The position numbers were made by a program, and so were the translations under genes. A stretch of 64,000 nt of DNA from an uncultured Desulfobacter sp. (GTDB lineage Bacteria; Desulfobacterota; Desulfobacteria; Desulfobacterales; Desulfobacteraceae), in NCBI GenBank assembly GCA_963665095.1, contig OY762069.1, forward strand, positions 4,320,001 through 4,384,000. The letters are read 5' to 3'. Positions within the stretch are counted from its first letter, which is position 1; each line of letters starts with the position of its first letter. The notes below the pieces were generated by a model. That model was not told the DNA's origin. It made no database searches and was given only the letters and a program-made list of their open reading frames with translations. Of the stretch, positions 29,514 to 39,598 are shown piece after piece.

Positions 29514-30881
29514 TTAGCTCGGATAGTAACCGCCTGTCTTTGGCGATCCTTTAAATATAACCTTTTCTTCTTTACGAAGTATTCGCACCTGCCGTTCGAG
29601 TGTTTTTACAGGAATTTTCAAAATGGTTGAATATTCAGGAAGCCTTAAGCCTGGGTTGTTTTGAATACATTTGTAAAGAGAACTTACTCCCTCACTTACT
29701 CCCTCACTTACTCCCTCACTTACTCCCTCACTTACTCCCTCACTGTTTTTTTGCTGGACATAGAAAGTGGCAAGAATGCCGCCACCAGTCTCTTCAATTT
29801 TAAAAGCCAATTCAGGATAACTTTCAAGTTCCTGCCGGATACGGATCATACCGCTGCCATACTTTTCTATATTTCCGGTAAGATAGAATGCTTCTGCGAT
29901 CAATTTATTACGCAGTTGGGACGGATAGAGATCTGTTTTCAATGCTTCAATGGTCAGACCTCCGTATAAACCACCCGGACTAAAAAATGTTAGTCGATCG
30001 TCAAATATTTTAATTTGGATATCAGACGCATTCTTATAATCCCTGTGTACAACAGCATTAAGCAGAGCCTCTCTCAATGCAGGCAGGGGGTATGCAAATC
30101 GTTCCTTACGCTGCAAGCCGCCGTCAAACTCAAAGGAAACGCTGACGTGGGAGATAATAAATGTCATTGCCTTTTCCACTGCTTCAAACAGGGTATCTGT
30201 AATTTGTCTGTCATCAATAATGGTAACCGGAGTTTTAAAACGACCGATATGTATGTGGTGGCGCATCGGCTCTTTTGAAAAAAGAAGCAGAGACGCCCAG
30301 GTTGGTAAATCCTGTGCAACAAGTTTTAATTTCTGTAACGCCTGCAATGGCTCCAGATCAAGCATGAAACGCCCGCGATCGTTCACAGTCTCAATAAAAG
30401 TCTCTATTTTTTCAACATCCAGGTCATCAAGAGAAGCCTTGCCTCCTGCATGTGCATCCCATGAGGTTTGCAGAGACTGCATGTAAAAATCATTTATTTC
30501 CGTCAGAGAGAGCTGCTGATTAGTGTTTGCCACCCGTTTAAAATACCGGCCCCGGGTACTGACTGGCTTTACTGGGTATTCAGAAACATGGATTGCCACA
30601 ATTGATAGCCCGGCTTGGGAATATGCCTTTATTTCAGGGATAATGGAAGGGCTTGTGGTAGATTTAATCTGACCCAACCATTGATTTAAAGATTCTTTCC
30701 CAATCGTTATGCCGCAGAGAGCGGCATTGTCAGTTACCCCGACAAGCACCGTTCCACCACAAGTGTTGGCAAAAGCGACCAAGCTTTCGACGACTTCTCG
30801 GCCAAATGAAGTTTTGAATTCAACGTTCTCTGACTCGCCGGATTTCAATAACCCGGCAATGTAATCATTTTCCTGCGTCAT
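29514..30881 (-). CDS. AlbA_2 (Schlafen-like) + HATPase_c_4 (RecG C-terminal-like) + wHTH protein
   Basis: ESENVEFK, AFAN..GG.VLVGV.D; YP..ALREALLNAVVHRDY; LRNKLIA..F; IEKYGSG; GSPKTGGY. Confidence 0.85.
   Translation of the reverse strand: MTQENDYIAGLLKSGESENVEFKTSFGREVVESLVAFANTCGGTVLVGVTDNAALCGITIGKESLNQWLGQIKSTTSPSIIPEIKAYSQAGLSIVAIHVSEYPVKPVSTRGRYFKRVANTNQQLSLTEINDFYMQSLQTSWDAHAGGKASLDDLDVEKIETFIETVNDRGRFMLDLEPLQALQKLKLVAQDLPTWASLLLFSKEPMRHHIHIGRFKTPVTIIDDRQITDTLFEAVEKAMTFIISHVSVSFEFDGGLQRKERFAYPLPALREALLNAVVHRDYKNASDIQIKIFDDRLTFFSPGGLYGGLTIEALKTDLYPSQLRNKLIAEAFYLTGNIEKYGSGMIRIRQELESYPELAFKIEETGGGILATFYVQQKNSEGVSEGVSEGVSEGVSEGVSSLYKCIQNNPGLRLPEYSTILKIPVKTLERQVRILRKEEKVIFKGSPKTGGYYPS
29682..29744. 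repeat. 12-bp tandem repeat x5.25 (ACTTACTCCCTC) encoding (SEGV)n
   Basis: Directly visible perfect tandem array. Confidence 0.95.
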
Positions 30882-31765
30882 ACAAAACCCTGGATATCAG
30901 CCAATTGATTCAAGGAGTCCAGATAGCTGTTACATGAGATAAAATTGCAATCTGAAAAAAAACTGATCATCCGTTTTAATTTATTCTCTGTTTTATCCAG
31001 ATTGATATAATGCCTGAACTTGAATCCCCGGGATGCCTGGTGGACTCTTGGCTGAGCTGGATCAAATTCCCATGGATGAGCGTAGAAAACAAAGGCGTTT
31101 TCCTCTTTAAAAACAGCTTTAATCCCCTGCTGGAAAAAAGAGGTGGGATACAATCTAAAATATCCCCCACCACCCAAAGGAATGGTTTTGCCGGCAAGGC
31201 GCAGATTGCTGATGGGCAGTTCAAAAAACTGGTTATCCAGCTGATAGCATCCGTCTATTTTATGTGCCTTTGACAGATCTATGGAGCCGTAACGACCATG
31301 GGCAGAAAAAGAATTGAAACTTGAATCGTAAAGGTAACCGGCCTGCTTGATCCTTTCCAGGATCTGGTCGTTGATGGCAAAGCTTGGGGCACGATATCCA
31401 ATTACAGACTGGCCAATTATATCTTCAAGTCTTTTTTTGCTGGATGACAGGTCGGAAGCCAGCTGATTTTTGTCCAGGGCTGTACACAGATGGTGGCCGG
31501 CTCCGTGGGATGCCACTTCATGGCCCCTGTCCCGGATTTGCCTGACCAGTCCGGGCAGTCTTTCTGCAATCCAGCCAAGAATGAAAAAGGTGGCTTTGGG
31601 TTTAAAAGGAAATGCATCCAGCAGATCCAGGATCAGATGCGTATTCTTTTCCACCCGGAGTTCAAAAGAATTCCAGGAGGAAAATTCAATATACGACTTG
31701 AAATTTTCAACCTGGAACCAGTCTTCTACATCAATTGTCAGTAGTATTGCGGGCTTTTTTGCCAA
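30878..31765 (-). CDS. XrtA/PEP-CTERM system polysaccharide deacetylase
   Basis: TIDVEDWFQV, ATFFILGWIAE, HEVASHG, GYRAPSF, GGGGYFRL, YAHPWEFDP.QPR. Confidence 0.9.
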   Translation of the reverse strand: MAKKPAILLTIDVEDWFQVENFKSYIEFSSWNSFELRVEKNTHLILDLLDAFPFKPKATFFILGWIAERLPGLVRQIRDRGHEVASHGAGHHLCTALDKNQLASDLSSSKKRLEDIIGQSVIGYRAPSFAINDQILERIKQAGYLYDSSFNSFSAHGRYGSIDLSKAHKIDGCYQLDNQFFELPISNLRLAGKTIPLGGGGYFRLYPTSFFQQGIKAVFKEENAFVFYAHPWEFDPAQPRVHQASRGFKFRHYINLDKTENKLKRMISFFSDCNFISCNSYLDSLNQLADIQGFV

Positions 31766-32576
31766 TTTTTGTCAACAAAATGAATAATAGATATACCAGG
31801 ACAAGCGCTGTGCCAAAGACGATTAAACCGGACATGTCATGAAGAAATCCGTGGGCCGCTTCCGGGCCTACCCAGGCTGCCAGCATTCCAGTGATGGTCA
31901 GGCGGACAACATTCACGGCAACGGCTATTGGGATGGCGGATAAAAATATCATCCATTTTTTCCACTGGCTGAGATGGGATAAGAATGCAAATGCTCCGGT
32001 CAGGGCCAGCAGGGAGGTTAATGACCGAATGCCTGAACAGGCGTCCACAACCTCCAGGGAGGTGTTGGCCAGGTGAAGAATATTGCCTTCCCTAAACACC
32101 GGGATGCCGATCATGCTGATTGTTTCCGATGAGATCCGGGCGGCAAACAGCTGAAGGGGGAAAGCGATTCTATTCCAGATAATGGCTGGAATGGGGATCA
32201 TCATGATCAGATAGCACAACGGCACAGCAAGTTCTTTGAGCATGGCCACCCCAAAGCTGAAGGCAATGATGCCGGCCAGGGTAATGATCATGGATGTCCG
32301 CATCAAGAACAGCTCTGCACCGAGGTTCCCGGCCATATATACCATGATGCCAAAAACAATAATAAAGATGCCGTATATTGAGGGGCGGCATTCAATCTGT
32401 CGAAGGTGATTCTGTCTGTACCAGACCATATAGGCAGCCACAAATGGAATTAAGAACCCGTGGGAAAAATTGGGATCTATGGTCCAGTCGGCAATTAAAT
32501 CTGCCAGGGTTGTCCAATACAGAATGAGAAAAGCACCTGTAATTAAAACGAGTTGAATTATCAGCGTTGGTTTCAT
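31731..32576 (-). CDS. Exosortase (EpsH family), not fused to EpsI
   Basis: FSHGFLIP; catalytic triad candidates VVDACSGIRS (Cys), NVVRL (Arg), FLHD (His); multi-TM. Confidence 0.92.
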   Translation of the reverse strand: MKPTLIIQLVLITGAFLILYWTTLADLIADWTIDPNFSHGFLIPFVAAYMVWYRQNHLRQIECRPSIYGIFIIVFGIMVYMAGNLGAELFLMRTSMIITLAGIIAFSFGVAMLKELAVPLCYLIMMIPIPAIIWNRIAFPLQLFAARISSETISMIGIPVFREGNILHLANTSLEVVDACSGIRSLTSLLALTGAFAFLSHLSQWKKWMIFLSAIPIAVAVNVVRLTITGMLAAWVGPEAAHGFLHDMSGLIVFGTALVLVYLLFILLTKIGKKARNTTDN

Positions 32577-32600
32577 AAGTGGATAGAAATTTAAAAGGGG

Positions 32601-33236
32601 TCAGTCCGGGATATGCTGTTTAAGAATGGGATAAATCTCGCCGGCAAACTCTTTCAAAATATTATCCGCATCTTTTTCATTCGTTATCACCGGTGTGATA
32701 AGGCGAACAAAAGAGCCATCCGTACGGTTTTTCATGATTGAATCCAGCACCAGCCAGATTTTCTGCATATATTCAGAGCAGATGATCCTGCCTCGAGACT
32801 GGAACCAGTAATATACCACCTGCTTTTGCCCGCCTTTGGCCAGCAGCAGCCTTGCTATTTTAACTGGCGTTTTATTTTGGGGCGGATCAATGGGGACAAT
32901 TGAGCTGTGTACAATATTCCACCCGGCACCAGGCATGCAGTTTTTAGGAGAATGGATCAGATCGCCTTTGCTCTGGCTCTGATAAAACCCCACATAAAGG
33001 TTAACAGATTGACGGGGGCCTTTATGGAAATCGGCCATAATATAATCTTCAACACCCAGGATATTATAAACCCTTTCATCCATCTCACTGGTTGTACCTT
33101 GCCAGGGACCGACCTCAAGGGGAAACAAACTAAAGGAACGGTTTGGTTTGATGCGCTCTGAGTGCGAAAACAGCGCCGTCATACCAGTGGCTGCAAGTAG
33201 CATAAAGACAATAATCAGGGTATGTTTTAACGACAA
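32601..33236 (-). CDS. epsI: EpsI family protein
   Basis: LYVGFY.SQ, IHSPKNCMPGAGW, VYYWFQSRGR, RTDGSFVR. Confidence 0.9.
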   Translation of the reverse strand: MSLKHTLIIVFMLLAATGMTALFSHSERIKPNRSFSLFPLEVGPWQGTTSEMDERVYNILGVEDYIMADFHKGPRQSVNLYVGFYQSQSKGDLIHSPKNCMPGAGWNIVHSSIVPIDPPQNKTPVKIARLLLAKGGQKQVVYYWFQSRGRIICSEYMQKIWLVLDSIMKNRTDGSFVRLITPVITNEKDADNILKEFAGEIYPILKQHIPD

Positions 33237-33262
33237 GCTTAACTTAGTCCTGTTTGTTTAAA

Positions 33263-34696
33263 TCAAAAAATTTCTTTCTCAAGCGATGATCTGCTCGGCT
33301 CTTTATCCGGTCGTATGGGTTTTTCCGGTATCAACCGGACAAAAACAGTAACTGTATTTTCTTCGTAATCGTGTCTTAGGGCATCATCGGTTTTAAAATC
33401 AACATGACTCACATTGGCTCTCACCTGCAGCCATTTTAAAGGGCTCCATGTCAGGCCGCCGCCTACTTCAAAGGTATCGTCCTGTCGATCCACATCCTCC
33501 TCTTTAAAATCCTGAAGCTTGTAAGATGCAAACAGGCTCGAGGACAAGCGCTTTGCAATCATGTAGTTCAAGGAAAAACCTGCCTGGTAATTAATGGTGT
33601 ATCCCAGGCTTGCCGCCTCATCATCAGACTCCTCATATGAGCTGCTTCCAGTGATGGACAAAGACCCTTTTCGACTGAAATTAAATACTTTGTATGCGTT
33701 AATATCAAAAAACGGCTCTTCTGAGTCCTCGTTTGTGTCGTCGTCCCATCTATCGAAAAGAACGCCGGCACCCAGTGAAATACCGGAATCTTCCGTTATG
33801 TCCCAGTCGAAACCGATGGATGGATGATAAATAACATGATCCCCGTCTTCGCGCTCAGATAAATAGTGACGATATTTGATATACCCGTCCAGATGTTTTG
33901 TAAATTGCCTTATGTACCGTATATCCCCGGCATAGGTTTCGTAATCATTGGTGGAAAGGGTATCGAATTTTTTATTTGTATACTCCAGATTTGTTTCCAC
34001 AGCATCCAGGCGGGTAAACCAGTAAGTCAAAAAAGCTGTGGGCTCATAGCTTTCATACTCATCTGCATCTGAATCTTTATACCTGATAGTTTCGTAGGAA
34101 CAATCTGCGCCCATACTGCTTTTAGCACCAAAGGTTTTCCGTATGGCAACGTTACCGTTATGAACCGTATTTTCCTTGTATTCACCGGTTCTGAGCTGCT
34201 CAGTAAAGCTGTTGGAATAATCATAAGCAAGGGATGTGTTAACGGTCTTTGTCAACTGGCTGTCCACCGATGCATTTGCAGAATGCTCCCATGAATCCCC
34301 GTCATGGTTGCCGTCATGGCCGTCATAGACAATATCGGCCTTGGCTGTGGTGTGTTTTGTTGCCTGGATTGTTCCAGAAAGGCTGCCGTTCTGATCCAGA
34401 CTATCCCTGTCACTCAAATTTTTATAATCATTATATTCCGGATTATAGTTCAGATAGATTTGACTTCTTTTGCTTAAAAAGCCAATTGAAAAGCCGAGCT
34501 CATATGTGGTCACCCACTCCTCTTCATCCTCGACCCCTTCTCCAGTCTGAAAATAATTATCCTTATATTCTTCCGTCACCGTGAGCGTAGGTGTAAGCTG
34601 GGTGACCATTCCGGCAGATGCAACGGACGCCGGCATAAACAAGCACAATAAAAAAGTCATTAGCCTGTTACATGCTTTTTGCCAAAACGGTTTCAT
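33263..34696 (-). CDS. Outer-membrane beta-barrel protein (BBP2-like), EPS export-associated
   Basis: Signal peptide; PTLTVTEEY.DN; alternating beta-strand pattern, Tyr/Asp-rich; located next to wza. Confidence 0.72.
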   Translation of the reverse strand: MKPFWQKACNRLMTFLLCLFMPASVASAGMVTQLTPTLTVTEEYKDNYFQTGEGVEDEEEWVTTYELGFSIGFLSKRSQIYLNYNPEYNDYKNLSDRDSLDQNGSLSGTIQATKHTTAKADIVYDGHDGNHDGDSWEHSANASVDSQLTKTVNTSLAYDYSNSFTEQLRTGEYKENTVHNGNVAIRKTFGAKSSMGADCSYETIRYKDSDADEYESYEPTAFLTYWFTRLDAVETNLEYTNKKFDTLSTNDYETYAGDIRYIRQFTKHLDGYIKYRHYLSEREDGDHVIYHPSIGFDWDITEDSGISLGAGVLFDRWDDDTNEDSEEPFFDINAYKVFNFSRKGSLSITGSSSYEESDDEAASLGYTINYQAGFSLNYMIAKRLSSSLFASYKLQDFKEEDVDRQDDTFEVGGGLTWSPLKWLQVRANVSHVDFKTDDALRHDYEENTVTVFVRLIPEKPIRPDKEPSRSSLEKEIF

Positions 34697-34724
34697 ATCC
34701 CCCCCCTGATTAATTGAACAGCTG

Positions 34725-35330
34725 TTACGGAACGATAATAATATCGTCTGCCTTAAGCTGAATATCTTTTTCCAGTTTGCCTTTGGTGATATCTTTATAA
34801 TCGATTTTAATCATCTGTTCTTTTCCATTGTCCCTGCGGAAAAGAATAATCTCATCTTTGGAGGCCCATTCGGTAAATCCCTTGGCCAGGGCAAATGCCT
34901 GGACAACTGTCAGCTTTTTTACCAGGGGATATTCCCCAACCATCTGGACTTCACCAAGAATGTAATACCTCTGGCTACCCGGGCTGGCCAGAGTAACGGT
35001 AACTGTAGGGGCTTCTACAAACTCGGAAAGCCTTTTCTGGATCTCTTCTTTCAACTCCATTGTGGTCCGGCCGGACGCCTGTATATCATCCAGCAACGGA
35101 ATGGTAATCTTTCCATCATTCCGGACAAACACTTTTTCAAAGGAGAGATCCTCTTCTTTCCAGGTGGTTACCTGCAAGACATCCCCGACACCAATTTTAT
35201 AATCTTGTTTATAATCTGGGCTACCTTTGGTAGAAGAATCTGCGGCCGCCGCAGCGCCGGTCAAACCTGAAAAAAAGGCAAAACCCAGCAAAAAAGAAAT
35301 AACCAATTTGACCATATTATTTTTAAACAT
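34725..35330 (-). CDS. Polysaccharide export protein (short Wza/OPX)
   Basis: YKIGVGDVLQV, VRNDGKITIPL, GEV..VG.Y SLBB; ATG at 35330 with GGAG SD preferred over the TTG at 35387. Confidence 0.85.
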   Translation of the reverse strand: MFKNNMVKLVISFLLGFAFFSGLTGAAAAADSSTKGSPDYKQDYKIGVGDVLQVTTWKEEDLSFEKVFVRNDGKITIPLLDDIQASGRTTMELKEEIQKRLSEFVEAPTVTVTLASPGSQRYYILGEVQMVGEYPLVKKLTVVQAFALAKGFTEWASKDEIILFRRDNGKEQMIKIDYKDITKGKLEKDIQLKADDIIIVP

Positions 35331-35440
35331 AGCTCCGCCCCCTCGATTACATCGACTAATCCGGATAAAGATTTGTTTATACTTCAAAGCGTTCCTGAAT
35401 TTACCAAATCCGATCAGACCGGGTACTAAATCGGTCTGGC

Positions 35441-36835
35441 TTATCTTGCACCTTTGCCGAAAAGAACTGTTTTAACAGTTTTTAAAAGCACTACCATATC
35501 CAGAGCAAAGGACATATTCTTAATGTAAAAAAGATCGTAATTGAGTTTTTCCACGGCATCTTCAACGGTTGCACCATAATCATAACAGACCTGTGCCCAC
35601 CCTGTAAGTCCCGGTTTTACATTGAACCGCTGGTTGTAAAAAGGAATCTGTTTCTCAAGCTGATCTGTGAAATATTTACGTTCCGGGCGAGGCCCCACAA
35701 GGCTCATGGTTCCCATAAGAACCTCCCATAACTGGGGCAGTTCGTCAATCCTGTATTTCCTTATAATCCGGCCCACCCGTGTAATGCGGTTATCATTGTC
35801 TCCTGCCCATACCGGCCCTGTAAGCTTTTCCGCGTCCTGCACCATGGAACGAAATTTATGCATCATATACTCTTTGTTACTCCGGCCCACCCGGTCCTGG
35901 GCAAAAAGGACCGGCCCTTTTGAATCAATCTTGATCAGCACCACCACGACCAGCAGCAAAGGAGACAGCAGGGTAAGAAGAATTGAAGCCAGAACAATAT
36001 CCTGCAACCGCTTCAGCACGGTTTTAAGCCAGGATTTTTGAAAACCGCTGGAAAAGATAAGCCAGGAAGGCTCAATTTCCCTGACCAGGACCTTTCCTGT
36101 CAGCATTTCAAAAAAGGAGCTTCCGGTTATCACATCAACGCCTTTGGTCCTGCACTGAATTAGCTCCTGGGAGGGGAACCGCCCTCTTTTTTCCTTAAGC
36201 GCCACAATGATTTTATCTATGTTATATGCATCACAAAGCTCCGAAAGAGTGTTACTCTTTTCACGAATAAGGATATCTTCAGGCAAAATACTTTCGAATT
36301 CCGAATCAGGACAATCTGGCAAAACAGCGCATACTGTATACCCGCAGTCAATGGTCTTGACGATGTTGGTATATATATCCATGGCCAGCTTGCTGGCACC
36401 AAGAATAATGACACGCTGATTAAACATGCCCTTACGGAGTATGTGAAGATATCCGAGTCGCCAGAAAACAATAAAGACTATTAAAAATATAATACTTATT
36501 ACGTAAATTTTTTGATCTATAATGACCAGCGGAAACAAGAAATAGACACCGGCTAAAAAAATGGATGCCACGCCAAGGGCCTGAAGAAGGCGAATCATGA
36601 TTTCCGGAATATTTGAAACAACATCAAAATCGTACAGATCATTGTAATACAGACAGGTTTGAAGAATAATAGTAACAAAAGTAATTCTTAAAACCAGCAT
36701 GAAATCAAACCAATATGAATTGGAAAATGTAACAAGAGCCGTTGAAAAGAGAAAGCAGCTGAAAATCACCCATCCTTCAACAAGAAAAAAGAGCATGTTT
36801 CTGATAGGGAAATATTGGCGCAAAATGCTGAGCAT
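35441..36835 (-). CDS. Priming sugar transferase (polyprenyl-phosphate glycosylphosphotransferase), PEP-CTERM type
   Basis: KRLQDI, DSKGPV, KFRSM, RIDELPQL, MSLVGPRPER, VKPGLTGWAQV. Confidence 0.92.
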   Translation of the reverse strand: MLSILRQYFPIRNMLFFLVEGWVIFSCFLFSTALVTFSNSYWFDFMLVLRITFVTIILQTCLYYNDLYDFDVVSNIPEIMIRLLQALGVASIFLAGVYFLFPLVIIDQKIYVISIIFLIVFIVFWRLGYLHILRKGMFNQRVIILGASKLAMDIYTNIVKTIDCGYTVCAVLPDCPDSEFESILPEDILIREKSNTLSELCDAYNIDKIIVALKEKRGRFPSQELIQCRTKGVDVITGSSFFEMLTGKVLVREIEPSWLIFSSGFQKSWLKTVLKRLQDIVLASILLTLLSPLLLVVVVLIKIDSKGPVLFAQDRVGRSNKEYMMHKFRSMVQDAEKLTGPVWAGDNDNRITRVGRIIRKYRIDELPQLWEVLMGTMSLVGPRPERKYFTDQLEKQIPFYNQRFNVKPGLTGWAQVCYDYGATVEDAVEKLNYDLFYIKNMSFALDMVVLLKTVKTVLFGKGAR

Positions 36836-36860
36836 TTTCAGAAAACCCCTCTTTTAAAAA

Positions 36861-37715
36861 TCACCGTCGCTGTTGATGCCCATATCCATAACCAGTTTTA
36901 TGATACCCATACCCATAGCCAACGCTTTTTCTTGAATAATTAGTAACCACGCCTAACACTTTTTCCCGGCCGTAGATTTCCAGGATATCCGCCACTTCCT
37001 TAATCCGTGTTTTTCCCTGGCGAACAACAAGAATAATCCCGTCTACAAACCTGGCAATGGCATTGGTCTCTGAGGTCAGATAAGGCGGCGGGGTATCAAT
37101 AATGATATACCTGTCACTATACCGGAGCTTGACCTCATGGAGCAGACGGCGCATCTGATCTGAAGAGAGAAGTTCGGACGGATTGGATGGAATCTGCCCG
37201 GCCGTTAAAACAGTCAGCTTGTTGATGTGCGTTTTTTTGAGGACATCGAACAGCGGCATGGTATTTGAGAGATAATCACTTAAGCCTTCCTCATTCCCGC
37301 CAAACCCAAAAAAAGTATGAATGGTGGGGGCCCTTAAATCGCAGTCCATGAGCAGAACATATTCATCTATGCTCTGGGCAATGCTCACAGCAAGATTGGC
37401 CGCCACAAAAGACTTCCCCTCATGGGGGGAAGCACTGGTCACCATGATGGTTTTTGGAGGCTCTCCATGTTCCGGGAACAGGATATTGTTTTTCAAAAGG
37501 CGAAATTGTTCCGAAGCCGGCGAATGGGGTTTTGTCGCTGTGATCAGTTCAGGCCTCGGCCTTTGGGATCGGGATACCGCGGCGTCCCCTGATCCGTTGG
37601 AAGCCGTGTTGTCAGCCTTATCCTGGTCGTTGCCGCCATCCTTTACCGATGCAACCCCGCTTCCTTGTATGTCTGTATTTCCCGCTTTTTCCAGTGCGCT
37701 GAATATTTTTCCCAA
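36861..37715 (-). CDS. BY-kinase (CpsD/CapB-like tyrosine autokinase)
   Basis: SEQFRLL, Walker A EGKS, DCDLRAP, IIDTPP, C-terminal Tyr cluster YGYGYHKTGYGY. Confidence 0.9.
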   Translation of the reverse strand: MGKIFSALEKAGNTDIQGSGVASVKDGGNDQDKADNTASNGSGDAAVSRSQRPRPELITATKPHSPASEQFRLLKNNILFPEHGEPPKTIMVTSASPHEGKSFVAANLAVSIAQSIDEYVLLMDCDLRAPTIHTFFGFGGNEEGLSDYLSNTMPLFDVLKKTHINKLTVLTAGQIPSNPSELLSSDQMRRLLHEVKLRYSDRYIIIDTPPPYLTSETNAIARFVDGIILVVRQGKTRIKEVADILEIYGREKVLGVVTNYSRKSVGYGYGYHKTGYGYGHQQRR

Positions 37716-37735
37716 AATCCTATATCCTAAAGGTA

Positions 37736-39373
37736 TTACAAGTTAAGGGTCGTTTTAATAAAATTGATTGTTCTGTCCAGACCTTTATGGTTCAGTATGG
37801 CAAAGAATGCCAGAAACACCCCCCCATAACAACAACAGCTGGCAAACATGGCCCGCTCGACACGCTTCTTCATCCTGTCCCCGGGCTTTTCCAGAGAGGG
37901 AATTGATGCCAGAATAGGCAAATCTAAAAGGGTTTCGATTTGATCATCTCTCTGGATAACAGAAAAATTTATAAACTCTTTCAAAAAAATAATACCGGCA
38001 CCGATTCCAAGCCCGCCAGCCACGGACATCAAAAACATCAATTTAACATTAGGAGAAATAGGCTTTTCAGGTAACCGGGCATGATCAAGGATCCTGAACT
38101 GCTCCCCTTTTTGCTTTTTCTCCATATTCACAGAGAGCTCCGCCTCAAGCTTTCTGTCCAGAAGCGAATTATAAATACCCTGTATATTACCATAATCTCG
38201 CTTAAGAGACTGCATCTCCAGTTCGCGCTTTGGCGTATCTTCAACGCGTTGCTGATAGACTTTCATCTGATCCTGCAGCCTGGCAATCTCAGATTGAAGC
38301 ATATTTACCTCCACTGCAAGTTGCGCACGCTGGGCTTTCATGGGCGCGGAGGCATCCTTTGAGATATCTGGTGGGTCAGCCTTGGCAGATTGAACTTCAG
38401 GTGGATTTAGCTCAGTCTCAGCCATTTTAGTTTTTAATTTCTCAATTGTTTTTTTTACTTTTTTAACATCCGGGTGCTTATCCGTATACCGGAGTAACAG
38501 TTGGTCGTACTTTGCCTGGGCAACCTCAAGGGCAGCTTTGTCTTCTGAACCACCCAAGCCTTCATCAAAACTTGAAGAATCATCCCCCCCTGACCCAAGA
38601 CCGTCAGCAACGTCAGAAGAGGTTCTGGCCATCTGGGAAATTTGAGTATCAAGGGAAGCAATGGAATTATTAAGATCGCGCAAAGTAGCTGCTTTGTCGG
38701 TAAGTTCCCTTTGCATACGATCCAATGTTCGAAGATTTGTTTCAAGTTCATCAGGCAGGCCGCCAAGGTACTTAGCCCTGAACGCTGCAAGTTTCTGTTC
38801 TCTTTCCTCAAGGCGGTTCTTGGTTTTCTCAAGCTCGGCATCCAGGAATTCGCTGGTACCGATGGCCTGGGCTTCCCTGACCTTCAGGTTCTCATCCATG
38901 AAATAAGAGGCCAGGGTGTTGGCAATTCGCATGACCCGCTGGGGTTCACTGCCACTAAAGGAGATGGAAAAGGCTTCCGCCCCATGCCGGGATCTTTCAA
39001 TTCTCACCTTAATTCGCTTCCTCAATTCTGCAATCTTATCTTCCAGATACATACTGGCAGTGTCCTCATATAAACCGAACTGCTCAATGATCTGCTCAAG
39101 ATTGCTCCGGCTTAATATCTGCTGTGAAATGGTACTGATCCGCTCACCAATACTGGAGGAGACAACAGATCTGACATAATTTGTGGGCACCCGCTGGGGC
39201 TGAACAAGGATCAACGTACTGGCTTCATAGGTCTTTTTCGCCGTCAACGTAATCCCAAGCCCTATGGTTAAAGTGATGCACAAAGGAACAATTAGAAACC
39301 AGCGTCCCCGTAGAAGGACATCAATAATATACTCGGGTTTAATCTGGGTTGGTGCCTGAAACGGATCTGCCAT
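37736..39373 (-). CDS. Polysaccharide chain-length determinant (Wzc N-terminal/GumC-like)
   Basis: Two TM segments flanking a coiled coil; YTDKHPDV, FRILDHARLPEKP, LPILASIP. Confidence 0.9.
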   Translation of the reverse strand: MADPFQAPTQIKPEYIIDVLLRGRWFLIVPLCITLTIGLGITLTAKKTYEASTLILVQPQRVPTNYVRSVVSSSIGERISTISQQILSRSNLEQIIEQFGLYEDTASMYLEDKIAELRKRIKVRIERSRHGAEAFSISFSGSEPQRVMRIANTLASYFMDENLKVREAQAIGTSEFLDAELEKTKNRLEEREQKLAAFRAKYLGGLPDELETNLRTLDRMQRELTDKAATLRDLNNSIASLDTQISQMARTSSDVADGLGSGGDDSSSFDEGLGGSEDKAALEVAQAKYDQLLLRYTDKHPDVKKVKKTIEKLKTKMAETELNPPEVQSAKADPPDISKDASAPMKAQRAQLAVEVNMLQSEIARLQDQMKVYQQRVEDTPKRELEMQSLKRDYGNIQGIYNSLLDRKLEAELSVNMEKKQKGEQFRILDHARLPEKPISPNVKLMFLMSVAGGLGIGAGIIFLKEFINFSVIQRDDQIETLLDLPILASIPSLEKPGDRMKKRVERAMFASCCCYGGVFLAFFAILNHKGLDRTINFIKTTLNL

Positions 39374-39528
39374 ATTTTTCCCTGAATAAAATTCTGAAAC
39401 AATTTTTATCTAAAAACAGAAAATTAATACTTATCAGCTCTTGTTTTTTTGTCAATGGTTAAAAAACGCAAAAAGTACATTTAATGCTGGTTTAACAATA
39501 ATATTGGGAATCCGATCTGAGTGAATCT

Positions 39529-39564
39529 AAACAGGCTGTGCCTGATTTCAAGCACAGCCTGTTT
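39529..39564 (-). terminator. Hairpin downstream of the PEP-CTERM gene
   Basis: 13-bp inverted repeat aaacaggctgtgc / gcacagcctgttt. Confidence 0.6.
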
Positions 39565-39598
39565 TCTTTTCCTGAGAAGATAAAAGAGGGGGGGGGGG

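Noticed and set aside
39421..39455. Sigma-70 promoter for the EPS operon (minus-strand TTGACA at 39450-39455)
   Set aside because: Perfect -35, but no convincing -10 hexamer at 16-18 bp spacing.
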